Positions 1-10,710 are shown, numbered from the stretch's first letter. The stretch is DNA of 64,000 nt from an uncultured Gammaproteobacteria bacterium (GCA_965231015.1 OZ246408.1:147755-211754), one strand, 5' to 3'. Numbers and translations are program-made. Notes: generated by a model from the letters alone, not told the origin.

Positions 1-2
1 CT

Positions 3-2837
3 CCGAAGGGAGATTATGTTTTTTATGATGGGCCACCGTTTGCTACCGGACTCCCGCACTACGGGCATATTGTGGCCAGTATATTGAAAGACGTGGTGCC
101 ACGCTACTGGACCATGAAGGGTTACCGCGTGGAACGCGTTTGGGGTTGGGATTGTCATGGTTTGCCGATTGAGAACATCGTTGAAAAGGAAATGGGCTCT
201 AAGAGTAAGGCTGACATTGAAGCGGCTGGTGTGGGTGAGTTTAATGAAAGTTGTCGAACCAAGGTTTTAAAGTATGTTGAGGATTGGAAAGTGGTGATCC
301 GCCGGCTGGGTCGTTGGGTTAACATGGATGACGCTTATAAAACTATGGACCTCGGTTACATGGAGTCGATCTGGTGGGTCTTTAAACAGCTTTATGATAA
401 GGGCTTGATTTATGAAGGCCACCGTTCCATGCATGTTTGTCCGCGTTGTGAGACTACACTTTCGCAATCCGAAGTAGCAGAGGGTTACCGAAACGTCAAA
501 GATTTGTCAGCCACGGTCAAGCTCGAGATCGTGGATGAACCGGGGACATCGGTTCTTGCTTGGACCACGACGCCTTGGACATTAATTGGCAACGTGGCTT
601 TGGCTGTCGGTAAAAATATTGATTATGTGAAGGTTGAATTAGTGACAAAAGATGGGGTTCCATCAAAACATGTAGTTAATTCTACTGGTGATGGTCAGAT
701 TCGTCGTGTTAACGTAGAAAATTTTATTCTGGCAAAAGACCGTCTCGAAGAAGTTTTTGGTGACTATGACTATAACATAATAGATGAGTTCAAAGGAAAG
801 AAACTCGTCGGCAAGAGCTATAAACCGTTGTTTTATTATTACGCTAATGATGAGAGTCTTGAAAACCGCAAGAATGGTTGGCAGATTTACGCGGCTAACT
901 TTGTTTCAACTGAAGAAGGAACCGGTGTGGTGCACATTGCACCTGGCTTTGGTGAAGACGACATGCAGCTTGGAGTTGAAAAAAACTTGCCATTTATTCA
1001 ACATGTAAAACTAAACGGTGACTTTGCTGATGAGGTAACTGATTTTAAAGGCCTTAACGTTAAACCAGCCGACGACAGAATGGCGACCGATGTAGAAATC
1101 ATTAAGTGTTTGGCCGGTAAAGGAACCCTGTTTGCCAAGGCTAAGTATGAACACAGCTATCCGCACTGTTGGCGGTGCGATACTCCGCTTTTGAACTATG
1201 CCACGTCTAGCATGTTTGTGGCGGTCACTAAAATGAAGGACGAACTATTAAAGAAAGCCAAGGAAATCAATTGGTCACCGGAACATATTAAGGACGGTCG
1301 GTTTGGTAAGTGGCTCGAAGGCGCGCGCGACTGGTCAATTTCTCGTCAGCGTTATTGGGCGAGTGTAATTCCGATTTGGTGCTGTGAATGTGGAAAAAAG
1401 AAAGTGATTGGATCCGTGACTGAGCTCGAGGAGTTGTCAGGAACTAAAGTAACTGACTTGCACAAGCATGTCGTGGATGAAATCACGTTTCCGTGTCAGT
1501 GCGGTAAGACCATGCACCGCGTGCCGGACGTTTTGGACTGTTGGTTTGAGTCGGGTAGTATGCCGTACGCGCAAATGCATTATCCGTTTGAGAACAAAGA
1601 GAAGTTCGAAAATAATTTTCCGGCCGAGTATATTGCTGAAGGGGCTGACCAAACCCGTTGTTGGTTTTACTACTTGCACGTGCTTTCAACCGGAGTGATG
1701 AATAAAACCGCCTATAAGAACGTTATTGTGAATGGAATCGTGTTGGCAGAAGACGGGAAGAAGATGGCCAAGAAGTTGCAGAACTATCCTGACCCAAGTT
1801 TGATTTTTGACCAGTACGGAGCAGACGCTTTACGTTATTACTTGTGCACGTCCCCGGTGATGCGAGCCGATACACTTTGTTTTGCCGAACGTGAAGTAGA
1901 TGAGGTGGTTAAGAAGGTGTTGAACATGGTTTCGAATGTGAATCGGTTCTATCAGCAGTACGAAGGCAAGCTCGAGCTGTTGGACGAACCAAATTCTGAC
2001 AATGTACTCGATGCCTGGATTTTAGCTCGGCTCAATGAACTTGTAGCTGAAACAACTCAAGGAATGGATAATTACGATTTGGTGGCTGCGGCTCGACCAG
2101 TTCGAGACTTTATCGATGACCTTTCAACCTGGTGGTTGCGCCGTAGTCGAAATCGATTCAAGACTGAAGGGTTTGATGCTCAAGCTGCTGTAACAAATTT
2201 GCGTTACGTGTTGCTTGAACTTTCTAAGGTCATGGCTCCATTCATACCGTTTACCGCGGAAATGATTTATCAGGACGTAAACGGTCCGGCTGAATCAGTG
2301 CATCTTGATGAGTGGCCAGAAGTAAATGGTCAGTTTGAGGCCGAAGAGGTTTTGAAGAATATGGAAGAGGTACGGCGAGTCGTGAGTGAGGGATTGCAAG
2401 TTCGCGAGAAGACAGGAATTGCGGTGAAGCAAGCTTTGAATTTGATGAAAGTAAGTGGTGCTCGGGATCTTGAGGACGAATATTTGGCTTTGATCGCAGA
2501 AGAAGTGAATGTAAAACAGGTCTTAATTGATCCGTCCGGAGATTTTGGGGTTGAACTTGATACTGAAATTACACCAGAGCTGGCGCGCGAAGGTTTGGCT
2601 CGTGAAATCGTACGCAAGGTAAATGGAATGCGTAAGGAAGCTGAGCTGACGATTGAAGATAAAATCGAACTGTACGTCTTTGGGGAGGATGAAGTGATGA
2701 AGACGTTGACCGAGCATGGTGAGGCGATCCAGTCTGGTACCATCGCCATTAGTTTACATGAAGAAAAACCAAGCACAGCTAACGCTACCGAGTTCAAAGT
2801 GGGAGACGTTACAGTTTGGGTTGGGTTTAAGCATTAA
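3..2837 (+). CDS. ileS: Isoleucine--tRNA ligase (5' truncated by window edge; IleRS2-like)
   Basis: Frame open from base 3: FYDGPPFATGLPHYGH (HIGH-like), GWDCHGLP, AWTTTPWTL, DWSISRQRYW and KMAKK (KMSKS-like); no C-terminal Zn finger. Confidence 0.97.
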   Translation, partial: PKGDYVFYDGPPFATGLPHYGHIVASILKDVVPRYWTMKGYRVERVWGWDCHGLPIENIVEKEMGSKSKADIEAAGVGEFNESCRTKVLKYVEDWKVVIRRLGRWVNMDDAYKTMDLGYMESIWWVFKQLYDKGLIYEGHRSMHVCPRCETTLSQSEVAEGYRNVKDLSATVKLEIVDEPGTSVLAWTTTPWTLIGNVALAVGKNIDYVKVELVTKDGVPSKHVVNSTGDGQIRRVNVENFILAKDRLEEVFGDYDYNIIDEFKGKKLVGKSYKPLFYYYANDESLENRKNGWQIYAANFVSTEEGTGVVHIAPGFGEDDMQLGVEKNLPFIQHVKLNGDFADEVTDFKGLNVKPADDRMATDVEIIKCLAGKGTLFAKAKYEHSYPHCWRCDTPLLNYATSSMFVAVTKMKDELLKKAKEINWSPEHIKDGRFGKWLEGARDWSISRQRYWASVIPIWCCECGKKKVIGSVTELEELSGTKVTDLHKHVVDEITFPCQCGKTMHRVPDVLDCWFESGSMPYAQMHYPFENKEKFENNFPAEYIAEGADQTRCWFYYLHVLSTGVMNKTAYKNVIVNGIVLAEDGKKMAKKLQNYPDPSLIFDQYGADALRYYLCTSPVMRADTLCFAEREVDEVVKKVLNMVSNVNRFYQQYEGKLELLDEPNSDNVLDAWILARLNELVAETTQGMDNYDLVAAARPVRDFIDDLSTWWLRRSRNRFKTEGFDAQAAVTNLRYVLLELSKVMAPFIPFTAEMIYQDVNGPAESVHLDEWPEVNGQFEAEEVLKNMEEVRRVVSEGLQVREKTGIAVKQALNLMKVSGARDLEDEYLALIAEEVNVKQVLIDPSGDFGVELDTEITPELAREGLAREIVRKVNGMRKEAELTIEDKIELYVFGEDEVMKTLTEHGEAIQSGTIAISLHEEKPSTANATEFKVGDVTVWVGFKH

Positions 2838-2903
2838 AATCCGAAATCAGAATATCGAAATCCGAAACGTTTTGAATTTCTTATTTCGTGCTTTGAGTTT
2901 ATT

Positions 2904-3761
2904 ATGTTGGATCGTCAGAATTGCTTATTAATAGTTCCCGTGAATGACGAGGAAGCCTTTTTGATTGCCGAGATTGGAGAGAAGATTGGGATGCAAGTGT
3001 ATCGGTCGAGTCAAGAACATGGCGCGAAGTTAGAAGATGAAACAGGGATTATGGATGTTCTTGAATGTAGGGGCGAACGGCCGTTCGCCCATGTGATCAT
3101 TGTAGAAATGCCGGGGGTTGAGATCGAGAAAAGGATAAAGGATAAAGGACGATTTTTGCATATCATTGACCATCACCAGTACAACGATTTAGACCGGGCT
3201 CATGATAAAGACGGGAATGCTCTGCCAAGTTCACTGCACCAGTTCCTCGAGCTTGCAGAGATATCGGACTCTGAACTCGAGCAACTCGGTTACGATCCGC
3301 GACTGGTTCACGGAATCGGATATTGGGATGCTGGATATTTTTGGGGGTTGTTGGACGCTGGGTACTCGCGCGAGGAGATTGACCGGGTGGAGGAATATAA
3401 GAATGAACTCGGGGCGAAGATTCCTGGGCGGTTGCCGAGTAAGGAGGCTCGTGATGTGGCCGAGAAGGCTTGGAAGGCCAGGGAAGCTTGGAAGGACTTT
3501 CAGATCGTAGTGTCGGATGATCCGGATACATACATTCGTTCGTTGGTTTCTCGGTTGAGCGCTCGGGAGTACTGGAAACCCATGCCAATGATCATTGTTG
3601 AACGAGCCGGAAAGAGGATTTATGTTCAGGAATCACCTCGAACTCGAGATTTGTTTGAGCATTTTGGAGGGTTCACCTTTGGCTCGGACCGGAATTGGGG
3701 GTATGATAATGAGGAGGAGGTAAGAATAACGTTGGGGAGAGTAAAAGAATTTTTAAAATGA
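2904..3761 (+). CDS. DHH-motif protein, putative NrN-like phosphodiesterase
   Basis: IIDHH motif, SSLHQ and WDAGY...YSREEI pattern; abuts the next gene; family assignment is recalled, not searched. Confidence 0.6.
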   Translation: MLDRQNCLLIVPVNDEEAFLIAEIGEKIGMQVYRSSQEHGAKLEDETGIMDVLECRGERPFAHVIIVEMPGVEIEKRIKDKGRFLHIIDHHQYNDLDRAHDKDGNALPSSLHQFLELAEISDSELEQLGYDPRLVHGIGYWDAGYFWGLLDAGYSREEIDRVEEYKNELGAKIPGRLPSKEARDVAEKAWKAREAWKDFQIVVSDDPDTYIRSLVSRLSAREYWKPMPMIIVERAGKRIYVQESPRTRDLFEHFGGFTFGSDRNWGYDNEEEVRITLGRVKEFLK

Positions 3762-3762
3762 T

Positions 3763-6217
3763 ATGTCAGAAAGAGAAGGATACAAACCAAATATTGAAAA
3801 AATTGAGCACGGTGATCAAACAGAGCTTGGTCGCAGGTTAAAGGATGTTAAGGATAACCAAGAGTTAGTTAATGAGTTAGTAAAGCTGCGAGGTTCAGGG
3901 GAGATTAATGATTTGTCTCCGTCCGAACAGCGTGATCTGATAGATCGGGTTGTGGCTTGGTATTCGGAAAATTTGACTCAAGGAAAGGTTGATGGCTTTG
4001 ATGGTGCGATTATGGTCAATGGTCTATTTATGCCTTCCCGGCGTTCATACAAAGATAAGGATATTTTGGATGAGTATGCTAGCATGATGCCTGAAATATG
4101 GCTTCAATATCCCGAAGCTGCTCGCGAGTTATCTAATTTATTAGATCAAGATGCCCAGGTGGTTAACCCTGATGTGTATTTGGAATCTTTGGGAAAAATT
4201 TTTCGACAGCCGGGTCTGCCGCCTGATGCACTAACAGGTGCCGTGGCCGGTTTATCTTATCAGGCGAGTTTCGGTTTGATGCCTTTTCTTGAAAAAAGAA
4301 TGGACAATCTTGACGAGTTAGAGGTGGAGCAAGCCTCTTCTTTACTGTCTGTGTTAAACGCCACGTCTTCATACGGAGAAAATTTTGGTTTTTCAGAACA
4401 GTCAGCAGAGAAAATGGAAAGTATGTTGGAAGAGTTTCCTGAAAAAACCAACTCGGCTTTGTTAAAACGAAAGGCCGAGGCTATTTTGGAACAACGGTCT
4501 TCTGGGGGTGGTTTGCGATTTGATACTGAAGATATTCGAAATTGGATGGCTAATGATCGGGATACCTTTGATTATATTGATGAAGATAGGATTGAGGAGA
4601 TGTCGGACGATGAGCTATGTGATGAATTTGAATATGTTTTTAATCAAACTGCACATATTTTTCGTGAATACCTAATTGATAAAAAACGTGTGAAAATGGA
4701 ATCCCCGTATGGCACTGACCAGATTGATATTCACAGGTTGCAGCGGAGTAATGTTGGCGTGGTTCCAGTATCAAAAGAATACTACGGAGTTTATGATCTC
4801 AACGGTAAACTTATTGGCATGTTGAATAAAGAAAATGAAAAAGAAGTATATCAAGCCGAAGAGATGATTCATTTCGGTGATTTACCGATGATCGGTATTT
4901 CAGATGATTTGAATAGTGAGCAACGTGAGTATCGAATGCAGGCTCAACGAGATTATTCCATGTTGTTGGACAATAACCTCTTGGATGGTTTAGAAAAGAT
5001 TACTGTTTTTCAGTAAGAGAATTAAGTACTCGAGAACAGATTTGGTTTATGGCTTCACTTCGAGAAATTTCACCAAAGGAAGAAAAAGAAATCATGGAAT
5101 TTACAAAAAAATACGGCCTGGATGGAGCCCGGACTTTTCTTTCTTGTGAATACGGAGATGAATTCAGAGACACTGTTTTAAAGATTGATGAACGCATGGA
5201 CCGGGAAACCGCAGAATTGGTCTTTGCTCGGTATGGAGAGGTGGTGCAAGCGGCGCAAAATGTGGTTTCTGAAATAGAGGATTATCTTGGCTCGTCTGCC
5301 AAGGAGCAACTTGATCCGACCAAGTTGGAACAGAAGCTACTAGAAAAAGCCAAGGATTTTTTGGTTGATGTATCGGCTCAAGATTCTAAAAGGTTAGACG
5401 ATAAACTGAAAAGTTTTACTGCTGACGTGCAGCTTTTTGGAAATATTTTCAGAAGCTTGTTCAAAGGAAAGGAAAACCCGGATCTATCGATGGTTAAAAA
5501 TGTCGAGGTGGTCAGCCGGGAGGCGCAAGAAATCGATCAGAAGGACCAAGCAGCCATGCTCGATATTGCTGACAAGAACTGGCAAGAGATTCCGCGTATG
5601 CATGATTTTGTGGTCGGGTTGTTAAAGAAAAGCGTGGAAAATCCCAAGGAAGGTTCTGAGTTTAAGATTATGAAAAAAGATAATGACGTTCTGGCTTTTA
5701 TGCGGGTGGACAAGGGAGAAGATGGGTCAGCTCATATTGGATCCGTCAATGTGAATCCGAAATACCGCGGTTCAGCCATTGGTGAAGTCATGCTTAATCA
5801 GGCCGTGGAGCAGTTGGCAGCAGATCATGTAGTTAAACTTGAGGCTTATCCTGGTTCTTTGATTACGGTGGTTTACTGTGAAAAGTTTGGTTTTGTGGTG
5901 GATGGGGTGCATGAGATTCCGGTCGAAGGTGATGAACCGTTGTATGGATTCAACATGAAGCGAGATAATAAAGCGAATGAAAAGTATACAGCTCGAGCAG
6001 AACAGTTGGATCCTGAAAAACTGGTCAAGTTATCACAGAAACCAAACGAGGCCAAAAGTTAGGCCTTGAGATTAAGAAATTTGATTTACGAAAGGTTTAC
6101 GATGAAATGATTGCCTCGGTTAAGGCAGAAACGGAAGAAGGAGAAGTGGCTAGCCGGTTGTTTGCTGATCCGAATGATCCTGATTCTCGAGTTGTGGTTT
6201 TTGAGAAGGCAAGTTAG
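3763..6217 (+). pseudogene. Large protein with C-terminal GNAT domain, apparently split by two frameshifts (ORFs 3763-5016 and 5049-6062 plus a tail to 6217)
   Basis: Adding one A to the A4 runs at 4994-4997 and 6054-6057 gives one ~818-aa frame; GNAT motif VNVNPKYRGSAIG in the second part. Confidence 0.6.
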
Positions 6218-6968
6218 AACAAGTAAACAATGCTTTAATGGTTGAGCGCATGGTTTTAGCCAAGCTCGGACTTTCAATAATCACGGCAATCATATTTTCG
6301 TGATCCATAAAGGCAACATTGTTTCCAAAAACACTAATATCCCCGGTAAAGGGGTATTTTTGTTCATCAATGACTGAAGCCTGACGCAGTTCAGACTGAC
6401 TTCGGCTCATCATTTCGGATACTCGTTTACTTGAGGAGCTCATCACAGCGAAAACCGGAATTTGGGCGGCAACGCGCTGTTTTAAATACGAGCCACGTAA
6501 CCACTTGAGCAGTGTGGTTTCTTGAGCTGGCGGGCCGATTAAGCTGTAAATCGGCTGGCCGGTTTTAAGAATGGTTTGGTACACCTCTTTCATGCCGCTG
6601 ACCCCTTCAAAGACTCGAAAAGCCGGTTTTTTGGTAATTAAGTTGAAATGGCTCTTTAGGGAAGGAAGAGTAGAATCGAGCTGGGAATATAAATTTTGCA
6701 CAGATTCAAGCCGGGCTTTAGCTAAACCACGCAAACGCTCCGGATCAACTGCTCGAAAGACAGTCTTTTTGCCAGTTTCTTCAATAACCAGCCCTTTTTC
6801 TTTTAAAGACGTTAAAACATTATAGGTATTGCCGCGGCCTAAATCAGTGAGTTTTACGAGTTCTGCTGCTGGTTTTGGTCCATATTCAAGCAAAACCTCG
6901 TATATTTGAACTTCTGAGCTGTTTAGACCAAGCTCTAAAAGGATAGGGAAATGGATTTCATGAGGCAT
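6150..6968 (-). CDS. TrmB-family transcriptional regulator
   Basis: LGLNSSEVQIYEVLL...RGNTYNVLTSLKEKGLV wHTH, followed by the RVFEGVSGM effector-domain motif. Confidence 0.9.
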   Translation of the reverse strand: MPHEIHFPILLELGLNSSEVQIYEVLLEYGPKPAAELVKLTDLGRGNTYNVLTSLKEKGLVIEETGKKTVFRAVDPERLRGLAKARLESVQNLYSQLDSTLPSLKSHFNLITKKPAFRVFEGVSGMKEVYQTILKTGQPIYSLIGPPAQETTLLKWLRGSYLKQRVAAQIPVFAVMSSSSKRVSEMMSRSQSELRQASVIDEQKYPFTGDISVFGNNVAFMDHENMIAVIIESPSLAKTMRSTIKALFTCSNLPSQKPQLENQDHSDQQTTG

Positions 6969-6980
6969 ATGGAGGGAGAA

Positions 6981-7401
6981 GGTAAAAGGTAAAGGGTAAA
7001 AGGGGCTAAGTTTGCTGGGATTTTCTTAGGGCGGCAAGGGAAATCCAGAGTTGTTCGGTTAAAGCTCGAGTTTCGTTCCAGGAAGTTTAAGTGATGTATC
7101 CCTGATTAAGGGCGATTTTTAAGCAGGCGTCGGTTTCTGTTAGTGAGCCAAGAGCAATATTGAGAAAGCGTACGAATTCGGGTTTGGTGTTTCTGGAGCT
7201 CTCTTCAGCTAAATTAAGGTAAATTGAGATTGAAGCCCGGCGAATTTGGCTCGTTAGACCGAATTTTTCCTCGTCCGGAAAGCCTTTACTTAGGGAATAC
7301 ACTTGATTGACATAGTCTAAAATGACCTGGTTAACCCTTAGTTGTTCATATCGAAATTCCATATTTTGATTTCTTTTACCTCTTTCCTTTTTCCCTTTAC
7401 C
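6981..7401. repeat. Inverted heptamer arrays (GGTAAAA-like) flanking the four-helix-bundle gene
   Basis: ggtaaaa-ggtaaag-ggtaaaa at 6981-7001; ttttacc-tctttcc-tttttcc-ctttacc at 7374-7401. Confidence 0.75.
7006..7362 (-). pseudogene. Four-helix-bundle protein (23S rRNA IVP family) with an in-frame TAA
   Basis: FPDEEKFGLTSQIRRASISIYLNLAE...FLNIALGSLTE; after TAA at 7087-7089 the frame continues 26 codons (TSWNETRALTEQLWISLAALRKSQQT) to TAG at 7006. Confidence 0.8.
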
Positions 7402-7499
7402 ATCATAATATCATGAAAACGTCACTTAGTCAATGACAGGAGCTGTGGATAAGTCTGGGCTAAAATAAGCCAATTTTGAGGAATAGTGCCACTGACCCC

Positions 7500-7528
7500 T
7501 TGACAAGTTTTGTGTTTTGTGCTATACT
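7500..7528 (+). promoter_or_regulatory. Sigma70-type promoter (leader A)
   Basis: TTGACA-17 bp-TATACT with a TG extended -10. Confidence 0.8.
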
Positions 7529-7675
7529 GGTGTTAACAAGATGAGAAAAGGAAACGAAGAGCCTGGACTCATCAAGTACCTTCAAGAACAATATAGAGCG
7601 AGAGAGCCCGAGCCTGGGGTTATAAGGCATAAGTGAATGGATACATTTATAGATTGATAGATGTATACATTGACT

Positions 7676-7723
7676 AGACGGATTTAATTATCTCTTGCCG
7701 AGTTAGTTAGATCCGTCTTTTTT
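7676..7723 (+). terminator. Terminator/attenuator-like hairpin of leader A
   Basis: agacggatttaatta...tagttagatccgtct followed by a T run; paralogous to 14755-14801. Confidence 0.65.
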
Positions 7724-8503
7724 ATAAGACAACAGTTCATTACTAGCATTTACGAATATCCGCAGTGATGACCGGCCCGGTCGGGCACGACAACCGACAG
7801 CGAGGCCATACGGAGGAGCGAGAGAGATCACCACGAATATGCGTAAGTGCATCTTACAAACCCAACTTCATGGGTTCTAACGAGTGCGCTACGCCTGGGA
7901 TCCCCAATCGGGTCGAGCCCAAGCGGAGCAGTCCTTAGAACCAGAGAGGATCAAGCGAGAGACAGAAAAACCTCTATTCGCGGGAAGTACCTTACAATTG
8001 AATACCAAATCGAAGAAGCAGGATGTAGATAAACGAACGAGAGAGATCTCTTGTCTAGGTTCTGCTTCCAGAGATCATGGATTCTAAAGTTATCCAAAAG
8101 GAAACTGTGGAGCATGACTCAATACATAACAGTGAAGTCGGGTCAGGGATTAATTACCAATCGTGATCTTATTATATAGATCGGCCTAGCGATCCGACTT
8201 CAATACTTTTTATGAATACAATTCTATTATCAACTTACATTCCTTTCATGATGGTCGTGGGAACGGTCAGTGTGGTTGGAGCGTGAGTCTTCCATAGCTC
8301 GCAAGGGAGAGAGCTTGCGAGTCTTGGAAGCCTCTGAATCAGATCCGTTATGACGGATCTGATTCAGGGAGAACGCTGCGAGGAAATGATTCTTCGCAGT
8401 GGATTAAAACGGTGCCCGTATGGGCGTTGGTGGCGTAATGCTACAACGGCCTTGAGGGGCTGCCGCAAAGCGTAGGGGCGAACGGCTGTTCGCCCTGGAG
8501 GAG

Positions 8504-9040
8504 ATGACGATGACGACGACCACGACGAAGACAACGAAGACGACGAAGACGACGACGACGGCGCTGCCGCCGATTTCTCGACCGGCGGAGCGGCTGGAGG
8601 CCCTGCGGGGTCGTCTGATCTCGACACCCCGTGGTCCGTCCACGGGGATCGACCTCGGCCATGGCCGTCAGGTCCTGACGGAGGTCGTGTCCGTCCGACA
8701 AACGGACGGAGAGCTGGTCACCGGCCGTGATGCCCGTCACGGCCGGACCGTGCCGCTCGCGCGGCACATCGAATTCCTCCGTCGCAAGATCGCGGCGGAG
8801 AAGAAGCAGGCGGCAGCAGGCCGCCGCGGCCAGCAGGTCACTCGCCGCCGGCCGGGCAAGACCGCCCGTCGGCGGGAAGCGGCCGCCGCGGCCCGTCGCG
8901 AGGCAGAGGCCAAGGCAGAGGCCAAGGCCGCCGCGGCCCGTCGCGAGGCCGCGGAGCAGGCGGCCCGCGAGGCGGGCTGGAACTCGGCCGCGGAGCAGGC
9001 CGAGTGGGAGGTCCTCCTCACAGAAGAGCAGGCCGCCTAG
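8504..9040 (+). CDS. GC-rich hypothetical protein (Thr/Lys low-complexity N-terminus, Ala/Glu/Arg helical C-terminus)
   Basis: GGAGGAG ribosome-binding site; strong G/C bias at third codon positions. Confidence 0.7.
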   Translation: MTMTTTTTKTTKTTKTTTTALPPISRPAERLEALRGRLISTPRGPSTGIDLGHGRQVLTEVVSVRQTDGELVTGRDARHGRTVPLARHIEFLRRKIAAEKKQAAAGRRGQQVTRRRPGKTARRREAAAAARREAEAKAEAKAAAARREAAEQAAREAGWNSAAEQAEWEVLLTEEQAA

Positions 9041-9113
9041 CCCGCCCCCCTGATCCGTGCTTACGGGGCGATTGAAGCACGGCGGCCAAGGGACCGTTTC
9101 CCTCGCACTCGAA

Positions 9114-9150
9114 CCCCGAGCGGACGCGACGCACATCGCTTCGCTCGGGG
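9114..9150 (+). repeat. Conserved hairpin motif, copy 1
   Basis: ccccgagcgg-ac-gcga-cgcaca-tcgc-t-tcgctcgggg. Confidence 0.85.
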
Positions 9151-9352
9151 CCTCGATTGAGAATAGGAAATAGGTAAAAGGTAAAAGGATCTGAAAATCT
9201 GATTTTCTTACCTCTAACCCTTTACCCTTTCCCCTTCTGAATTGAGGCAACCGGGAAGTTTCTCTCGGTGACTCAAAGTGAAAACAAAACTCGGATTTAG
9301 CCACCCGGGTTTGAGAATGATCAGGTTGGCGACCTGAAAACGAGGAGAAAAG

Positions 9353-10372
9353 ATGTTCCAAATGACTATCAACGTTGCGGTCATGTTCTCGAAGTTCTTC
9401 AGCCCCGCCGACCGCGAGGCGGTGCTGGAGGCCATCCCGGCCGACGCCAAGAAGGTGCTGTTCGTGGACACGGGCGCCACGCCCGTGCTGGCGGACACGA
9501 TCCGCGTGCTCTTCGAGCGCGGGATCGAGGTGGTCGTCCGAGACCACCACCGTGGCGAGGGCAGGACGCCCGAGGCCGCGGAGGCGATCGAGAAGATCCT
9601 GGGCGACAACGCCCGGATCGTCTCGCGCGATGAGGCACCGGCGTGTGCCTCTCTCGTCGAGATCGCCGAGTTCGCCGAGGTCGGGACGGTCATCGTGGCC
9701 GATCCGGACCCGGACGGCCTGACCGCGGCCATGAAGGCGGCCGGCGTGACCTACGACGGCCTGGACCGCGACGCCGCGGTGCTCGACGGGCCGCGGTCCG
9801 AGCAGACCGCTGACCGGCTCTCGGATCTGGCGGTCCTGTTGACGAAGGGGATGGCGACCTTGCCCCCCTTCAACCCCAAGCGGCCGGAGGGGGGCGAGAA
9901 GGCGAAGAGCGAACACTTCGGAGAGTTTGTTGCCGCCACCCAGGGCGACGAGCAGGCCGTCGAGGCCTTGACCAAGAAGGTCGAGGTCTACGAGGTGCAG
10001 GTCTCGGAGGCCGAGCGCCTGGCCACCCGCGCCGAACAGATCCTGCCCGGCGTCTGGCTGGTCGACTGCCGCACCGGCGGCAGGTTCGACCTGGCCACGC
10101 TGGCCAAGGAGATCGAGTCCCGCCCCGGCTGCATCTGCACGGTGCAGATCAAGGGTATGGGTCCGATCGCAGCGGCCTGCGGGGGGATCCAGTACTCCTT
10201 GGCGGTGGTGAAGAGCCATCAGGCCGAGCTGGATCTCCGGAGCCTGGTCCCGGACGGCGCCGAGTCGAGCCCGGCAGCCGGACTCATCTCGAACACCTCC
10301 TTCCTCCTGCATGTGAGCCAGGAGAGGTGGATCCAGGAGATCGAGCCGGCGCTGCGCGCCCGGCTCGGCTAG
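9353..10372 (+). CDS. GC-rich DHH-motif protein (putative phosphoesterase)
   Basis: GAGGAG RBS; LFVDTG, RDHH and ADPDPDG motifs; high GC3. Confidence 0.75.
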   Translation: MFQMTINVAVMFSKFFSPADREAVLEAIPADAKKVLFVDTGATPVLADTIRVLFERGIEVVVRDHHRGEGRTPEAAEAIEKILGDNARIVSRDEAPACASLVEIAEFAEVGTVIVADPDPDGLTAAMKAAGVTYDGLDRDAAVLDGPRSEQTADRLSDLAVLLTKGMATLPPFNPKRPEGGEKAKSEHFGEFVAATQGDEQAVEALTKKVEVYEVQVSEAERLATRAEQILPGVWLVDCRTGGRFDLATLAKEIESRPGCICTVQIKGMGPIAAACGGIQYSLAVVKSHQAELDLRSLVPDGAESSPAAGLISNTSFLLHVSQERWIQEIEPALRARLG

Positions 10373-10673
10373 TCCGGTTCACCTTTTCACGCGCAAGGGG
10401 TCGCGGGGAAAAGGGAAAGAAGAATGCTGCCGGTGCTGTGAAGCCGAAAGGTGGAGCTAGGCAGTAAAACCCCCCCAATCCTACAGATAGAGAGGATCTT
10501 CTATGATTGTAGGAAAACGCCACCGGTTAAGGCGTGATAATACAAATACCGGCTAATGGCCTTCGCCAAGGCTACACCGACGTATCGTGAACTTGTGGCG
10601 ACAAGTTATACGACAGTTGGTCTCTGCCAGGACCGGCCCGCAAGAGCTATATCTTGCATGCACTCGAGACATT

Positions 10674-10710
10674 CCCCGAGCGGACGCGACGCACATCGCA
10701 CCGTTCGGGG
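10674..10710 (+). repeat. Conserved hairpin motif, copy 2
   Basis: ccccgagcgg-ac-gcga-cgcaca-tcgc-a-ccgttcgggg. Confidence 0.85.

Noticed and set aside
8441-10312. 623-aa minus-strand ORF, and other long antisense ORFs such as 12199-13110 and 16307-17131
   Set aside because: Shadow frames of high-GC3 plus-strand genes that have RBSs and coherent motifs
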